This document shows, piece by piece, positions 1-12,036 of a stretch of 64,000 nt of DNA. A program made the translations under genes and the position numbers. Position 1 is the stretch's first letter. Every line of letters starts with the position of its first letter. The notes beneath the pieces were generated by a model, which was given only the letters and a program-made list of their open reading frames with translations, was not told the origin of the DNA and did not search any database. Origin of the DNA: Vicugna vicugna (taxonomy: Eukaryota); contig MU057724.1 of assembly GCA_013265495.1 (NCBI GenBank), forward strand, positions 808,001 through 872,000, read 5' to 3'.

Positions 1-1348
1 TCCAGATTCTTCCTTTGGGTTCACATCAGAGGTGCACACACAGAAGACAGTGCTGTGTGTGAGGCAATTCTGTTTTCAGCAGATTTTTTTTTCTGGTATT
101 GCAGTAATATCCTTAGATTGCAGGTCAAACTATTGTTTTACAAACATCTGCCATATCAGCACATGTAATTCTACACGTCTTTTGTTTTGTGACTGAGTGC
201 CTGTGTTTAAACACATAGAAACGTAATGCTCTAGAGAAGCACTTTGACTCACATAACATTAATTGCTTGTGCCTTTCCATAGTTAACGATTCATAAATTA
301 CCTTGAACTACCGATCTCGATTACATAAAACTGTTTTATGATGTTAAAATGGATTTGCAATACAAGCGAGTTTCCTATGCCTTCTGGCACCAGCTTGGGA
401 AAATTCTGCCAAAAGTACATTTCCCCCCTTCCTATCTTGTGATGAAACTCACCAAGATAGATTGCTTTCCCTGGGCTGGAGTTCAAAATCCATTTGAGCT
501 TTGGATCATCTGATAGTAGTTAATGGTTCATCTAAACATTCAACAAAGTTTATTTCCATAAGAGAGAGAGAGAAAAAAAACAGATGGGAAGTGAAAAAAC
601 ACTGTATTTGAAAACTATATGGTCAATTAGGCATAAAAATTGAAAAGTACCATAAGATAAACACCACTGTTAAAACTTTTCTCTTCTTTTATGGGTAAGT
701 CTCAAGTTTAAAATTTGTATTCCAAGTAAATAGTGTAAAAGCTAATGCTTTCAACGTGTTGGGTTGATGTGTGCTCTTTGATAATCACCACTGGGTGATT
801 CAAATTGCATCTTGTGTCTCTGCCTGTAAAGCTCATTGCGTCTCTGGTTTTAATTCTGAAACAGAACAGCTGGTTGAAAACAGAGAGATACAAAGAGACA
901 CACACCTTCTGGTCACTTAGCAAAGAGCTAGTGCTCTGATGCTCACATTAGGCCACCCAGAACCTAGGGCAAAAGAAAAGCTTTAGTGCTGGCAGGAAGG
1001 TAAAAGCCAAGGTCTTCCGAGAAGATCCGACAGTGGTGAGTCTGCGCGCCACGCGCACAGATGCAGGGTGTGCGGGGCTGAAATGAGTGGGATTAGGTGA
1101 CGCGGTCCTGCTAGAAGGAGGTAGAACAGGGTAACGCGTTGTGCGCGTGCAGGCTACTGTTTAACAAAGTTAAGTAACATGATCACAGACGCATGAAACA
1201 ACGTGTGCAGGAGATAAAGAATTTTACTCTTCTCAGCACACAGAGAGCCACTTGCAAAGATTATTTCAAAAATGAATAAAAACAAAACCTTTTCTCTCAA
1301 CAATAGAGTGGATTTAGAAATCATTAATTAAAAGCTAATTTTGCTAAC

Positions 1349-1452
1349 CACTATATATAAAATAGACAACAAGGCCCTGCTGCAGAACACAGGGAACTGT
1401 ATTCAATATCTTGTCATAGCCTGTGGTGAAAAACAGTATGAGAAGAAATTTG
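1349..1452 (+). mobile_element. L1 3'UTR fragment (artiodactyl/camelid type)
   Basis: ccactatatataaaatagacaacaaggccctgctgcagaacacagggaactgtattcaatatcttg matches the L1 3'UTR motif seen in other copies in this window. Confidence 0.7.
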
Positions 1453-2248
1453 TCCGTATGCCGCATCACCATGTCTGTGATCGCGTCCAGCCCCCGCTGG
1501 CCAGCAGCCAGTCTGTGGTTCCCCCGCAGAACTCGGCACGGTGGTCCTGTCGATGCTGAGAGGACCCATGGCTCTCACGCCCATCCCTGAAAAGGCAATA
1601 CCACGTCTGGGCCGCGCCCGCCCCCACCCCGGCACCCAAGCCCCACTGGGCAGGTTGACACGGTCAAGGGCAGGCAGGCAGAGGGTGTCCAACCCCGCCT
1701 GGGGTGGCCCCATGCCCAGCTGTGCCTGTTCCCAGCTCAGGTTTCAGGCCTCCGGACAGAAGGTATGCTGGGGTCCAGACCCGCTCAGTCCCCACAGGGC
1801 AGCCAGCCTGTCCCGGGCACTGCCGGTCAGCTCGGCCAGCGCCTGTGGCTGGAGGATGCTTTAGAACCAGGTTTACCGTCAGGAACGAACTGGAGAAAGC
1901 ACGCAGGTGAGCGGTGGGCGGGCTGTGTTCACGCTGCTCTCACCTCTGTGTCTGTTCCGGGCACAGTGACTTGTGGGCACTGTTAGTAGACGGATCTGTG
2001 TCTTTTGCTTTTCCAAGCAGATGACGCAGTCATTGTGTGTTTTGTTGCTGCAGTGTGTCTGATTACAGTTCTGTGTCAACACTTCAGTTCTCTGAATCAG
2101 ATTTTTATTACCTTACCATGTTGCTTTGCAAAAAATACTCATATGGAAAAAGAGAAAGAAACTCCATGTGATTAATTTCAGCGTCTCTTTCCCATCCCTG
2201 CTTCTCAGGCTGCTCGTCGCCGTCCGGCAGGCCCCTGCTTGGGGAGCA

Positions 2249-2303
2249 ATGGCATCGGTGCCTTCCATTGGTTGCCTCCTGGCCAGAAATCAGTATTATC
2301 GAA
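2249..2303 (+). CDS. PPDPFL: PPDPFL first coding exon (MASVPSIGCLLARNQYYR + 1 nt)
   Basis: ATG at 2249; peptide matches the recalled PPDPFL/C8orf22 N-terminus; acceptor ttctcag ends at 2208, donor GTAAGT at 2304; ends in phase 1. Confidence 0.95.
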
Positions 2304-3436
2304 GTAAGTGGTGCCATCACAGAGGCCGTCCCTAGGGAATATGGTTTGAGGTGACGTTTGTGGGGTGTTGTTAACCCACGTATGGCGTCCTGCTCAGAAC
2401 TTGAGGGAGAAGAGTGCCTGTGACCTGTGACAGTGAGGAAAGAGGGGTGGGCGTCACCCGAGGCAGGTCTGAGTGAGCACTGTCCAGCCCCTTCTCCAGT
2501 CTTAACCGGGCTGTACTGCTCTGACGAAACCATCAGAACGGAAATAAGGAAAATGAGCCTGTATTTCATAATGATGTTTTGTTTCATGTACCTCGCATGT
2601 AGCAGGATACACTAAAAACTGATGATCTTACATAAACCAAATATCCACTTCTTAGATAAGCGCAGCGTGGTTCTGCTCTCAGGGTTTTCTCATTTCCACT
2701 TTCTGCCATGGGTAATAGCTTCTGTCTGGCCAGATTTATTTTTATTTATCTATCCATCTGTGAATATTTATAGCGGAAGAGAAAATTGTGGCTTCTTAAA
2801 GAAAATTCACAATTTTCATAAAATGAAACAATCATTTCAGGACCAAATGATTGTTTGCCGAAAGTCTGCCAGCATGGAGAGAACGCTTACCTCAAGGGTG
2901 GTTTGTGGATAAGAACTGGAAACATTTATTGACTTACTTTTTTTTACAAAAAGGCTCAACTATGCTCGCTTACTTGTTATCACACCCACAGGGGTCATTT
3001 CTATATTCTGATCTTTTAGAAGACTTGTAAGTTTAAAATATAAGGATAAGATAAATTAAATATTTATTCTTTTAAAATAACTCCTTTGTTTCTAAACTTG
3101 ATAACTTTGCAGGACACGTAAACACACGCACAGTAATTACCTGGTGCAGCAGCGTTCATTCTTCGCTTCATGCTTCCTAAGACTCTGCATCTGGTAACAT
3201 CTACAGTACATTTTAGATTCTGTGTTTATATCTGTGGAGAGCTGCTCACCCCAGAGAAGAATATTCCTTATTAACAGAACGTGTAACATGTGTTGTTCTT
3301 CCATTGGCTAACAATTTAATCAGATTTTCAGTCCACAGTCCAGGGCGAAACGACCTGAACCGCGCCGCTCGGCGGTTCGTGCGAGGCCGTCCGCGTGCCT
3401 GTTACTTACTCGTTTGCTGTCGTTTGCTTCTCACAG

Positions 3437-3514
3437 AGGCCAGCGTTTCTTCAGCTGCCTCCTTAGCTGCCTCTGAGTCTGTGAGCTTCACAGATGATGA
3501 CAAGGCCCGGCAAG
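3437..3514 (+). CDS. PPDPFL: PPDPFL second coding exon (KASVSSAASLAASESVSFTDDDKARQG)
   Basis: acceptor ttctcacag, donor GTATTT at 3515; 78 nt, phase 1-1; aligns to recalled human [27 protein letters not shown]. Confidence 0.93.
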
Positions 3515-3614
3515 GTATTTCGTTCATTTTTTATCAGCATCACCGTCTTAGCTCCCTTCGTTTTTATCTCTCAAGTGTGTCTGGTGAGGGAGTGACAGGA
3601 GCTTCATCTGACAG

Positions 3615-3710
3615 GGCAGCCTGAGGTGGCAGGACCCACGCAGTGGCTCTGGTCCTTTTTCCAACCCGAGTCTGTGCAGTCGGACGTGGAGCGAGAAGAC
3701 CCGGCCGCGG
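3615..3710 (+). CDS. PPDPFL: PPDPFL third coding exon (GQPEVAGPTQWLWSFFQPESVQSDVEREDPAA)
   Basis: acceptor tctgacag (weak pyrimidine tract), donor GTGAGC at 3711; aligns to recalled [33 protein letters not shown]. Confidence 0.9.
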
Positions 3711-4009
3711 GTGAGCTCGAGGCTTTTCTGAGAAGGACGGTTCCTTCTCAGGGTGGAGCAGCGCGCGTCCTAACTACCGCGGCAGCCGGCGCGGGTAAGG
3801 CAAAGCTGCTCCCGGGAGGGGGTGACGGCCCTGGGGCAGAGGCGCGAAAAGTCTGCCACCCAGTTGCCGTCAGTCAGATCTGAGCGCTGTTCTGATTCTA
3901 ACGCTAAAGAGAATCTGAAAGTCATACGTGAATGTTTACCATGGTTTAGGTGGAATGGATTCAGAATTGAGGCGAGTTTCTAAATTTGTTTTTCCATTGC
4001 CTTCAGAGA

Positions 4010-4600
4010 GCAAGTAGCAGTGCTCTACTGCAGTAAAGGAGTCGCAGCTCCTTGGAGACATGGCTGATTCCAGGACGGGGAAGAAACGGTAGAAGATGAG
4101 CCTGGACCGTTTCATGGTGCAAAAGAGACAGAAATGCTCAGACAATGGTGGGGACACGTCAAAATAACACAGGAACAAATTGGACAAATCTGGGACCATG
4201 CTAGCGATGAAATAAATAACGATAATAATGGGTAACTGCCCACAGAATAAAGAGCCCATCAGTCCGTACGAGTGTAAGTGAATAACTGAATGAGCAGGTA
4301 AACGAGAGGAGAAGGCTCTCTCCTGCAGCAGAATTCTAGTTAGTACTAGAGGTGACAGAGACGGGGGCACTGCCGCCTCACAAACCTCACGGCAACCACC
4401 GTCCCAGCAAGACGCGCCAACGGACGCTGAACTCAACGGGCAAAGCACGAGAACAGGACGTCACCTGGTCTCAGGAGACATGCCTACGAATTACCGAGGG
4501 GAACACGGTGCCTTTCTGGCGGAAAAACCTGTCAGACACCGTCTCAGCAGAAACCAGGAAGCAGGCAGAGACCAGCGACCCCCCCCAACCCCGGTCGCTG
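4010..4600 (+). mobile_element. Ancient L1M (L1MC/MD-like) 3'UTR fragment in PPDPFL intron
   Basis: gctccttggagacatggctgattccagg...agatgagcctgga motif typical of old L1M 3' ends. Confidence 0.6.
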
Positions 4601-4946
4601 GTCGTCCCAGATGCCCGCTCAGTCCCACGGCCGGTCCGCCCGGCCCCTGTCTGGGTCCAGCTACCAGAGGGAAGTGGACCTGCAGGGCTTGTGCCGAGCA
4701 GCTTTGAGCTCTGCCACACGAGGGCTATCCCACGGCTGTAACACAGTGCTTGTGCTACGTTTTAGACACCTCACTAAGGACTAGCTACTCCACGGATTAA
4801 AGAGTAGGTGACCACACAGTCCGAGATTCTAACGTTCAGGCAAAGGGTTGTGACAAGTTTTCCACACGTGACGGACATGAAATAGAGTCAACTGACAATA
4901 ATACTTGCTAAATCCGAAGTGAGGCCAATTGTCGAAAGATACATTC

Positions 4947-5078
4947 TTTTTAAAAAAATACGTATTTTTAATTTTTAAATTATTATTTTTTAAAAGAGGT
5001 ATTGAGGGTTGAACCCAGGACCTCGCTCCACCATGCGCCCCACCACGTGCTCCACCACGCGCTCCACCCTCCCTTCGG
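4947..5078 (-). mobile_element. Camelid tRNA-derived SINE (Vic-1-like), rearranged head
   Basis: T-rich tail then gaggtattgagggttgaacccaggacctcg (B-box on minus strand); head replaced by short gctccaccac repeats; TSD-like gaaagatacattc (4934) / gaaagatgtattg (5079). Confidence 0.75.
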
Positions 5079-5255
5079 GAAAGATGTATTGTTTACTGTC
5101 TGTATATTGATCTGAATTCTCTAGGCAAGTGTTTCATTTATTTTTCCACTTTACTTTGACTGTGAAGACAACCTCACTTATGAATAAGCGTTTCTCAGCA
5201 CATCATCTTTGTCTTGCAATTCGGGCGTTGTTGTAACGGGGGCTCTTTCGTGCAG

Positions 5256-5335
5256 CGCTGACAGTTGATGTGACAACCCAGAAGGTCACCCCGAGAGCTG
5301 CTTGTGGGACCCACACCCATGCCTGTTCCCGATAG
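5256..5335 (+). CDS. PPDPFL: Probable PPDPFL terminal coding exon
   Basis: acceptor ctctttcgtgcag ends at 5255; phase-2 reading gives (G)ADS-stop at 5266-5268, resembling the recalled ortholog end GTNS; the phase-1 reading forced by the upstream donor runs to TAG at 5333-5335. Confidence 0.55.
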
Positions 5336-5829
5336 GAAGCGGCCCCTCCTTGGGAAGACACATCATAGGGGACAGGTCGCCACCACCCTCATGGCGAAGC
5401 TCAGGCTGTCTCCTCTGCACTGGGACTCTCCCCGCCACCGCCCTGCTCCCTGGGGAATGACGGCCAAGCCTTTGAAACTGTGCGCCTTCCAGCTGCAGTG
5501 GTTGATGTGATGTAGTCTTTTCATTCCCCAAATTATTTTTCAAAAGTTGTTTTTTAATTTTCAAAATATTTAAGTTCTGCTCTCTTTCTGCCTGTTGAGT
5601 GATTTATTATGGCTTAGAACTGAAGCACGGGTGCTTAACACAATGGTTTTAAGGGCATTGGGTTCAGAAGTCTCTAGAAGAGTCAAAAATTGTATTTCTG
5701 ATCATGAACATTGGAAATGGGAACCATGCCTACAAGCACATGACACACCAAACACACTGCTGTGCACACAGCCCGCTGGCCGTGGGGCAGACGCACACAT
5801 TCATGGTTTGGAATAATCTTTAACAACAT

Positions 5830-6085
5830 GCAAAATCACGATGAGACAGAGGTGAGTGAAAAAAGGCAGGGGAATTTATGTGTGGTGTGATCTGAGGTGT
5901 ATTAAGAAAGCATCGTGTGTAAGATCAGATTGGAAGGAGATGTACCAACATGGACCCATGGCTACTTCTGGAGATGGGATTTTGGGTGATTTTCATTTCC
6001 TTCTTTCTGTTTTCCCCATATCTTTTTCAATTTTCTAATATGAACACATTTTGTGTATAATTAGCAAGTAATAAATGTTTTTTAA
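5830..6085 (+). mobile_element. L1ME-like 3' end; contains AATAAA at 6070-6075 (possible PPDPFL polyA signal)
   Basis: ggagatgggattttgggtgattttcatttccttct...aataaa typical of old L1ME 3' termini. Confidence 0.5.
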
Positions 6086-7649
6086 AGTTGAAGTATAGCT
6101 GGTTTACAAGGTCATCCCGAATAGGAGGACTGGAATGCGTTTTTCCAAGGTGACCGTTCCCTGCGGCGGGTAGGAGAGTCCCTGCTCTCCTCCGTGTTGG
6201 GCAGACAAGGCTCAGTGAGTTCCAGCTGAAAAGCTTCTGTGTGCTGTTGCCAGTGTTTTTCAGTGTAAGACGTGAGGCTGAGGAATTCGGGTGCTGAGCT
6301 CGCTCAGAGGTGGCTGTCCCTGCAGAGCGAGCACGCGGGATCATCACTGACACCGCCTTCCCGCCCGACCACAGGACCAGGCGCCACGTCAGGACTGGCC
6401 AGTCCCCCTGCTGGACGCTCCTGGCGTGTCCTTCACCGCCCTTTCCAAACAGGACGTGCATTCCTTCAAGGCCAAGCTCCCGCATCCCTGTGGGTCAACA
6501 GCAGACTCAGACCCCCCTTGCCCAGCAGCACGTCACTGTGAGGTGTCACCGCTTCCCTGGTGCTCGTTTCGTCTGCGCTTTCTACATCTTCGTGGAGGCC
6601 GATTACGTTCTTGGACTACACATTTCACTTGGCTTTAGTCTAAAGGCAAATTACAATGAGGGAAGAATCCTAATTTTTCTAAAGTGAAAGAAAAATATGG
6701 AGAAACAAAATGGCGAATTGTGGGAGGTTTTGCTTTTAAGATGATTGACAAATTCCTTTTTTCTTAACCACCTGATACATGTGTGAGCAGACTGCTTGTG
6801 AGTTTCTTTGACGGGTTTCCCCAAACCGATCATCAAGCTGGTATTTGCTTTGTTCACTCAGAAAGCTGCTACTTGTTAAATTCAGTTTTTCCCATGTGCT
6901 TGTAGTATTTCGAATGTGTCAAAAATTATTGCTTGTATAAGAGTTTAGTGTTACTGTTACTGAAAGTTATTATTGCTTAAAATAGTTGAATTTTACATAA
7001 GACTTAAAATATAACATATTACTATGAGTATATATAGTTATCAAGAATTTTAGAGTGGGTAGTACACCTGCATATGTGTATACGTGAGGACATGCAGATA
7101 GATGACAGACGGACAGACAGATACAGACCCTGAAAAAAATTTAAGGAATTTTTCCAAAAAATAATGTTAAAGTGAACTCTTATATAATGAATAGAAAATT
7201 GAAAGGATTCCTCTGTGCTCTTCTAGAGTTTCTTCTAGAGTTTATGGTAACAGAAATAAAGGGAAAAATGTCTTCTGGGTGGATTCCAGTTAACTGCTTC
7301 TACTGTAATTCTCCTACAGCTCAGACACTTTGAGGCTGGCTTTAAGAAGCACCTCAGGTCCCAACATAACTGCGGTCTTAGTTGGAGTATCTCCTGTGAG
7401 GCTTTGCTGCTGGTTGGGTGGATGACAAGCAGTGGCGTCCACCTGCGGCACGGGCTGCGGTGACTCCGGGTGGCTGGAGGTGCGCTGTGGTCCGGGCACC
7501 ACGCTATGAGATGCTGTTTGCCTTGGCCTGGATGTTGGTATTCAGTGCAATAAGGTTTGGCAATTCCTCCCCAGGTTCTGTGACATTGCATGTCGAGATT
7601 CTACTAATTGTTTTGAGATGCAGTTTTGATAGCAGATTCCCAGTGACTG

Positions 7650-9120
7650 GCCCCTCAGCCTTTACACATAAAACCACCAACAGCCACTCCTCCAGTTCTC
7701 ATCAGAGCAAGAGTCCTCTGGCTGGAATGCAGGCCTGATTGGTGCTCCATACACTTTGTAGAAGTTAGAGCTGTAGGAAACAGAATTGCAGAATTCCATT
7801 TGGCCATTAGAGAGTCGTGATGAACACTTGCTCAGCTTGAATAGAGCCCAACTTCTGACTCACAGAAAGTCAAGAAATGTGAAGAGTGATCATTTATCCA
7901 ACCCCTCAATGACATCCTGTGATACCTCGGAGCTTCTCCTTTCTCAGTCGTGGCAACACTGCTCGTCCACTCAGACACGTAGCCCGTGATCTTTGATAGC
8001 TTCTCTTGTGGCCAATCTGACCCCAAGTCTCCGATTTTATCTTGTCTGTTTCTTAGATTTTCTTAATTTCCTTTCCCACCATCACTACCTGAATCCAAAC
8101 ATTCTTTTTTTTTTTAATTGAAGCACAGTTGACAATGCTGAGTCCCTTTCTGGTGCACAGCATCATGTTTCAGTCATACATATACATACATACATTTTTT
8201 CATGTTCTTTTTCAATATCGATTACTACAAGATACTGAATTTAGTTCCCTCTGCTATGCAGTAGAAACTTGTTTATCTATTTTGTATGTAGTAGTCAGTA
8301 TCTGCAAATCTTGAACTCCCAGCTTATCCCTTCCCATCCCTTTTCTCCTCTGGTAACCATAAGTGTGTTTTCTATGTCTGTGAGTCTGCTTCTGTTTTGT
8401 AAATAAGTTCATTTGTGTGTGTATATGCTTAAGGTTCTACATATAAGTGATATCATACAGTATTTTTCTTTCTCTTTCTGGCTTAGTGTACTTGGAATGA
8501 TAATCTCCAGGATCATTCATGTTGCAGCAGATAGCATTATTTCAGTCTTTTTTATGGCTGAATAGTATTCCATTGTGAATATGCGTGTGTATGTGTATAT
8601 ATATATATCTATCACATCTTCTTTACCCAATCATTTGTCGATGGACATGTAGGTTGCTTCCATGTCTTGGCTATTGTAAATAGCGCTGCTGTGAACATTG
8701 GGGTGCACGTATCTTTTCGAACTAGAGTTCCCTGAAGCCAAACTTTCATCATCTCCCCTGAGGGCACTGCCAGGACATCCTGTGTGGCCTACCCACACCC
8801 TTTCTAAATCTTCCCAACAGAGGGACCATCTTCTGTAGATCAGTCACAATCATCTTCACAAAACACAGACCTGGTAACACTCCCCTGTGAACACACTCAC
8901 ATCCCCACATTTTCAATGATGCTATTAGGCTCAGGATAAAGTCACAACTGGCAACCCCCCCGCCCCGTGTTGTAACCCACGCAGATTTGCATGGAGTGTT
9001 CTTGCCTCCCGCGCCCCCCGCTCCAGGTTCCAGGACATCTTTCTGTCCTCCCGAGGCACCCTCTGCCCTCCCGCCCCCGGGCGCCCACAGGCTGCTCATC
9101 TCCCTTCCGTTAATATTCCT
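7650..9120 (+). mobile_element. L2 fragments, interrupted by the L1 at 8105-8730
   Basis: atcatcttcacaaaacacagacctggtaacactcccctg...ggctcaggataaagtcacaact resembles L2 consensus. Confidence 0.55.
8105..8730 (-). mobile_element. 5'-truncated camelid L1 with TSD
   Basis: poly-T then L1 3'UTR/ORF2 end on minus strand; TSD cctgaatccaaacattc (8088-8104) / cctgaagccaaactttc (8731-8747). Confidence 0.9.
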
Positions 9121-9199
9121 GTCTACTCATCTTTTCAGTCTCAGCTCTAAGTCTCTTCCTCTGCGAAGCCTTCTCCATCTACGTAACTAAACGAGGTTT

Positions 9200-9960
9200 T
9201 CCGCGACAGGCTCGGCCAGCCCGTCTTTCTCCCGCTGCCGGCGCTCAGCGGCCCCGGCGCCACGCGGGTCCCGCGTTCCTCTCCCCTCCGCGCCGGCAGC
9301 CATGGCGGCCGAGGGCCACGGCGTCTCCGGCCGGCAGTCCCGCAGGCCCCCGGGGGCTGAGCGGCGCTGCTGCGGCGGCCGGAGCCGTCCCTCCTGCAGC
9401 CGCCGCACGTGTCGGTAGAGGAGTGAGCACGAAGCAGCGCGAAGGGTCCTTCCCCGCGGTGACAAGTGCCGAGGGCGCGGACGGAGGTCTGTGGGCGGGG
9501 CCGGGGCGGGGCCGGGGGCTCCGGGGGGCGTGGTCCGGGCANNNNNNNNNNNNNNNNNNNNNNNNNNNNNNNNNNNNNNNNNNNNNNNNNNNNGGCGGCG
9601 CCGGGGGGCGTGGTCCGGGCCGGACTCTGGGAGGACAGCGGCGCGGGGCTGCCGGAGGGGCGGGAAGCGGGGGCACCGTCCCACGCGCCGCGTGCCGGGC
9701 CAGCCTCCCGCTGAACTGCCGCCCGGAGGAGGTTCCCTCGCGGGGAGCTGGGATTCTCCACCTGGAGGTCCGTTGTCCACGGCGTCCGTTCCCGGCGAAG
9801 CCCAGGATGAGCCGCGGCGGGCGTGGGCCTCTGTGCGTCCTTCTTAAAGAAACCTGTGGCCTACGGACGAGTTGTTCAAAGCCACGCTGTGTGGCAACCG
9901 CACGCAGTAAACTCACCGACCTCCTTTCCATCCTTGCCTCGCCAGGGTCTCCGGGCCCGG
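9200..9960. promoter_or_regulatory. CpG island / probable promoter with SP/KLF GC-boxes
   Basis: very high GC and CpG density; GGGGCGGGG and GGGGCGTGG motifs at ~9495-9620; 52-N gap at 9542-9593. Confidence 0.85.
9302..9422 (+). pseudogene. Pseudo-exon 1 (MAAEGHG... / ...ALLRRPEPSLLQPPHVSVE)
   Basis: Kozak GCAGCCATGG at 9302; donor GTGAGC at 9423; a frameshift is needed between the ATG frame and the exon-end frame. Confidence 0.45.
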
Positions 9961-10523
9961 AAGTAATCTTCTCCCCACCTCTCACACCAAATGACTAAAT
10001 ACACTGCTGTTATTTATTTTTTTTCTAATTTCTCTTTAAAACATTGTCTTAGAAATATTTCGTGTCAAAGGACTAGAAAAAGACAGTGCCACACCTTTGG
10101 TCTCCTTCCTCGGTAGTTTAGAAAGAATGCATCTCAGTTTTGGTGCCTGAAAATCTGCTCTTGTTACACTGTGATTATTTGGTTCTCAAAAGGTCTATGG
10201 GGAAGAAGTCTGCTGTGTTCCTGATACAGTGCTTCGAACAACTTTTAGTCAATCTCTAAATGCATTTAAAATAAATTCCTTATAACCAAATTTGTATTTC
10301 ACTTATTTAGAAAAATAATCTGTATTTTTGTTTTAGTTTTATCTACATAGGTGGGATGTAAAGTTTTGCTTTGTCATTTTTAATTAGGTACATTGAAACG
10401 TATTTGCCTCCAGGTTGTAAATGCAAAATAGATTAAATCCTTTGCATTACAGTGATTATTTGATTAAGCCAGTTGGCATGTGAGCATCATAAATATTTTA
10501 TCCTTTTTCTGTACTTCGCAGAG

Positions 10524-10586
10524 GTTTCTAAATTACTGAATGAATGGTTATGAAAACTATGATTTGTACCTGGACTCACTGCAAAG
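10524..10586 (+). pseudogene. Pseudo-exon 2 (EFLNY*MNGYENYDLYLDSLQ)
   Basis: strong acceptor tcctttttctgtacttcgcag(ag) (start 10522 or 10524); donor AAG/GTTAGG at 10587; one in-frame TGA; ends in phase 2. Confidence 0.55.
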
Positions 10587-11718
10587 GTTAGGATTTTGAA
10601 ATTCCTTTGCAAGGAAGAGTGGCAAACATTCTACTTTCAAATAAACTACCTTGAATGCATTTGTGCAATCTTAGAGAGCACTTCAAAGGAGCTGGCCGTC
10701 CAGATTTCAAGCTACAGCTCACCGTGAAAAAAGAAGACATAAAGCCCCCAATATCTGCCTTGTCCTCTGCGCGCCTTCTCCTCCTGCAGCAGCTGCTTCC
10801 CACTCGGGGGGAGGCCGTGCAGCCCCTCCTGTGTGAAAAGCACCCTTCCTCTGAGCTGCCCCAGGTTGGGCTGCAGTCCTGACGGCGGGAGCACATCTGA
10901 GCCTGTCTGGTGACTGCGGGGCTGAAATGCGCCTAAATTCTGGTCTCCACGGGAGTCGTAGCCCACACTGAAGGCACAGCAGAAGCAGACTTCACTCAAA
11001 GCGGCACTGCAGGACTGGAAGAGGCGTTTTGAAATCCTATCTTTAAAAAAAATTGTTTTCTATTGCATTTTTTATGTTGAAACACAGTAGTTGTTTCCTG
11101 TTAGCTGACATAAATAACATAAAGAACACTGTCAGCCAACGAGTTGGAAGTGCTGACAATCCTAGGCTTCAAGATGTAACTCACGGGGCAGTCGCACCCT
11201 TTCATGCGGCTTGGAGTTATCCCCGCATTTGCTCAGTAGATTAAAATGAGTGCATGTTTAAATGCCATTGATAAGCCATTATTTTGTATTTTGCTTAAAG
11301 AGTTTATGTAGTTGTTTTGTTACATTTGGCATAAAAGAAAAATGAAACACTGCAGCATCTAGGCAAGGAAGTGTCAGAACAACGAGGGATCTCTCATCAC
11401 TGAAAGTGGAGGGAAGGGCAGTGGCGGGAAACACTGGAGCAGCTCTGAGGGAGATCTGCGAAGTGGCAGTTTGCCTCTGGTGACAGCGGCGTGTATGTGC
11501 TTCAGGGGAAAACACCTGGTGGTAAAAATGGACAACAGAGGATCAGTGTTCCTAAATGAAGAAAGGGTTTTTTTCTTTTTTTTTGGATGTGAAGTAGTTT
11601 TGCTTAAACATACTTAAAAAGTTTACCCGTCTGTAGCTGGCCAATTAATTCCAGTTCAACCAGGTATTTTCCTTTCAAAAGCCAGCTTTAAACACTATTC
11701 TATACTCCTCCTTCTGTC

Positions 11719-11818
11719 AAAATTCTAGAAAATGTTAAATTTAAAAATTCTAGAAAACACTTAATTTCAATAACCTAGAAAACATTAAATACCAACATTC
11801 TTAAAAATATTGCATTTC
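11719..11818. repeat. Degenerate 25-bp tandem repeat x4
   Basis: units at 11719, 11744, 11769, 11794: aaaattctagaaaatgttaaattta / aaaattctagaaaacacttaatttc / aataacctagaaaacattaaatacc / aacattcttaaaaatattgcatttc. Confidence 0.8.
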
Positions 11819-11820
11819 AG

Positions 11821-11933
11821 TGTATCAAGTCTGTCTGCAGCTAGTTATTATGACGTCATTTCCAGCGCTCTGGTGAACACTGAGCTTCCTCGGATGGCAG
11901 CGATGACCTTTCTGATGCTCAATAATTAAAATG
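11821..11933 (+). pseudogene. Pseudo-exon 3 (SVSSLSAASYYDVISSALVNTELPRMAAMTFLMLNN*N)
   Basis: acceptor tgcatttcag, donor ATG/GTAGGT at 11934; phase-2 entry matches exon 2; open for 35 codons, TAA at 11927-11929. Confidence 0.6.
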
Positions 11934-12036
11934 GTAGGTGATGGAGAGAAAGGCTGGAAAATACCACAGAAGTGTACAAACTGCGTGAGACTCTTGCTCT
12001 TGTCTAAAGCAGCGGCAATTTATCTCAGCAAAGCTG

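Noticed and set aside
298..530. Open frames on both strands upstream of PPDPFL, with a GTAA donor on the minus strand
   Set aside because: No recognisable protein, no clean acceptor and no partner exons found
1860..1912. CAG/GTGAGC donor as a possible non-coding first exon of PPDPFL
   Set aside because: Plausible, but the exon start cannot be defined from sequence alone
3711..3883. Read-through ORF extending the PPDPFL exon
   Set aside because: Similarity ends at a good GTGAGC donor; the extension looks intronic
9147..9998. Long ORFs (190-246 aa) in the CpG island
   Set aside because: Low-complexity G/R/P/A frames running through Ns; expected in GC-rich DNA
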